From positions 1 to 21,567 of the forward strand of contig NW_021823585.1 in assembly GCF_006345805.1 (NCBI RefSeq): a stretch of DNA of 21,567 nt. The letters are read 5' to 3'. Position 1 is the first letter of the stretch; each line of letters starts with the position of its first letter. Under the pieces are notes generated by a model. That model ran no database searches. It worked only from the letters and a program-made list of their open reading frames with translations, and was not told where the DNA came from. Made by a program: the position numbers and the translations under genes. This DNA is from Octopus sinensis. Taxonomy: Eukaryota. Positions 19,901 to 21,567 of this stretch are shown piece by piece.

Positions 19901-20019
19901 ATGCATTTATGCGTATGTGTGCTTTTGTGTGTGTGCATTTGGATATATACATATGTGTTGCCATTAGAAACGAAAGAAAACACCCCTCAATATATTATGC
20001 AGAACTTATATGACTAGGT

Positions 20020-20491
20020 TGGGACCAGTGTCGAATTGATCAGGTATCTGCATTATTTCTTTGGGATTAGTTGCGACTTAGGACAATGACGAGGCTCAAA
20101 CCTGCCAAATCATGGTCTATGACACTGAAGAATGGCAAGGAGTAGATAAATTCTAGTTTTCTACAGAGCAATCAGTTAAGAATCTGGGGAAGGTCTTTGA
20201 CCGAACACTCAAAAGCACTACTGCCATTTCATCGTCCAGGAAATATTTTGGAGATTGGCTCACTAAGATCAACAGTCAGGTCAACTAGCAAGATCCAATC
20301 TTGCATTTGTAGGAGTGGCTGTGTGGTAAGTAGCTTGCTTACCAACCACATGGTCCCGGGTTCAGTCACACTGCGTGGCACCTTGGGCAAGTGTCTCCTA
20401 CCATAGCCTCGGACCGACCAAAGCCTTGTGAGTGGATTTGGTAACGGAAACTGAAATGAGCCCGTCGTATATATATATTTGAGCGCGCGCT

Positions 20492-20527
<36 letters not shown>

Positions 20528-21567
20528 TGTGTTTGTCCTGTCCAACTTCACTTGACAACCGATGCTGGTGTGTTCATATCACTTAGCGGTTCGGCAAAAT
20601 AGTCCGATAGAATAAGTACTAGACTTACAAAGAATAAGCTCTGGGGTCGATTTGCTCAACTAAAGCTGGTGCTCCAGCATGGTCGCAGTCATTTGACTGA
20701 AACAAGTAAGAGTAATCCTTTCCTTCCCTGAGTTCTGTGACCTCTCTTCATATACACTCTTCCATTAATAACGGATGAGTTCCTCGGAATGAAAACCAGT
20801 GTCTTTCTCTGAAAAGAGCTCGTATTCCTTTGCATTATCAGTAATGAAGAACTACATATGAACAGTAAAATTTAGCAGCTTACTTTTATTGGTGAGTGGC
20901 ACAGCTGAAGATTTTGTGGTACCATGAACATGGAAAGCCGTATAATACAAGAATTTAAGGAGCCCGAAGATGCCATTAACCTGCATCAGGACAAGAACGG
21001 GGCATAAATTGGATGATAAAGATGTTGAGGTACCAGTACGATGTTTAAAGCAGAAGAATCTGCTGGACGTCATAGCTACTGACAAAGCGGGCTTGCGATA
21101 TTTCTTAAGGTTTAGACTCACAAGATGAGAGAATATTTTATGCAGGAAGATATCCGAGCAGATGTTGAGATAGCGTAAATGTACAAAGCTGTAAAGATCA
21201 AGCAACAGGGAGCCGCAAGCAGTGTTAAACATCATTCTAGTAATACAGCATACAGATTTGCATACAGATTTGCATCGCCTTCGATTCTTTATTAGGTGCC
21301 TACGATATCTCACCGAGCCTATCTACCTGTCACATCATGCCTTCTTACCGGCTCTGAATTGAACGTATGTATTTAAAGCATCTCAATAGCTGCATAAAGG
21401 CTTTTGGAGGAGGTTGCTTTTGTTAGTATCATACTCAGGTGCGGAATGGGGTTGACGTGAGTAAAGACGTAAACATGACCACAGGCAATCGCCCCCATAA
21501 CCGTAAGAAATCCCTTAATTTCATCGAAAATGGAGAGAAACTCGGTGCACATTCAAGGACAAAGTCC
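20020..21567 (+). pseudogene. non-LTR retrotransposon ORF remnant (R2-superfamily, HERO-like; RT C-terminal region to zinc knuckle), split by a SINE; continues beyond the window
   Basis: Colinear motifs: LKPAKSWSMTLKNGK, TEQSVKNLGKVFDRTLK, DWLTKIN, LP*VL*PLFIYTLP, IRTRTGHK, ATDKAGL, MQEDIRADVE, KAVKIKQQGA, AYDISPS, LKHLNSCIKAFGGG, FIENGEK. Many stops and frameshifts. Confidence 0.85.
20307..20717 (+). mobile_element. SINE family A nested in the LINE remnant
   Basis: Full head GTAGGAGTGGCTGTGTGGTAAG through tail ACTGAAACAAGTAAGAG; LINE reading resumes immediately after it. Confidence 0.95.

Noticed and set aside
2070-20013. Dozens of track ORFs rich in YI, CV, HT, LS or YLSI repeats (e.g. 2070..2294, 12153..12509, 14605..14973, 15012..15440, 19579..20013)
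   Set aside because: Translations of stop-free microsatellites, not genes.
20852-21313. 153-aa minus-strand ORF
   Set aside because: Antisense to the LINE remnant on the plus strand.

Overview
Eukaryotic, AT-rich, repeat-saturated non-genic (intronic or intergenic) DNA. The SINE families and microsatellite load look like an octopus genome; this is recognised from memory, not from a database search. No intact protein-coding gene is supported, and most ORFs in the track are microsatellite or SINE artefacts. Decayed transposons: a 5'-truncated DD34D mariner (163-1140), a Neptune-type Penelope-like element (PLE) with a GIY-YIG endonuclease (3312-3898), a probable piggyBac relic, a HERO/R2-like LINE remnant (20020-21567), and HINE/Helitron-like and foldback-like non-autonomous elements. 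About 20 tRNA-derived SINE copies or fragments from three families are also present. The most interesting signal is a set of hammerhead ribozyme (HHR) motifs tied to PLE-like termini. A near-complete type I HHR lies on the minus strand at 1683-1783, inside a 579-bp tandem unit that carries a 207-bp inverted repeat complementary to half of the ribozyme. A second core-intact HHR at 13478-13536 has a stem I that pairs with an AATAAA signal, and several decayed relatives share exact spacing.
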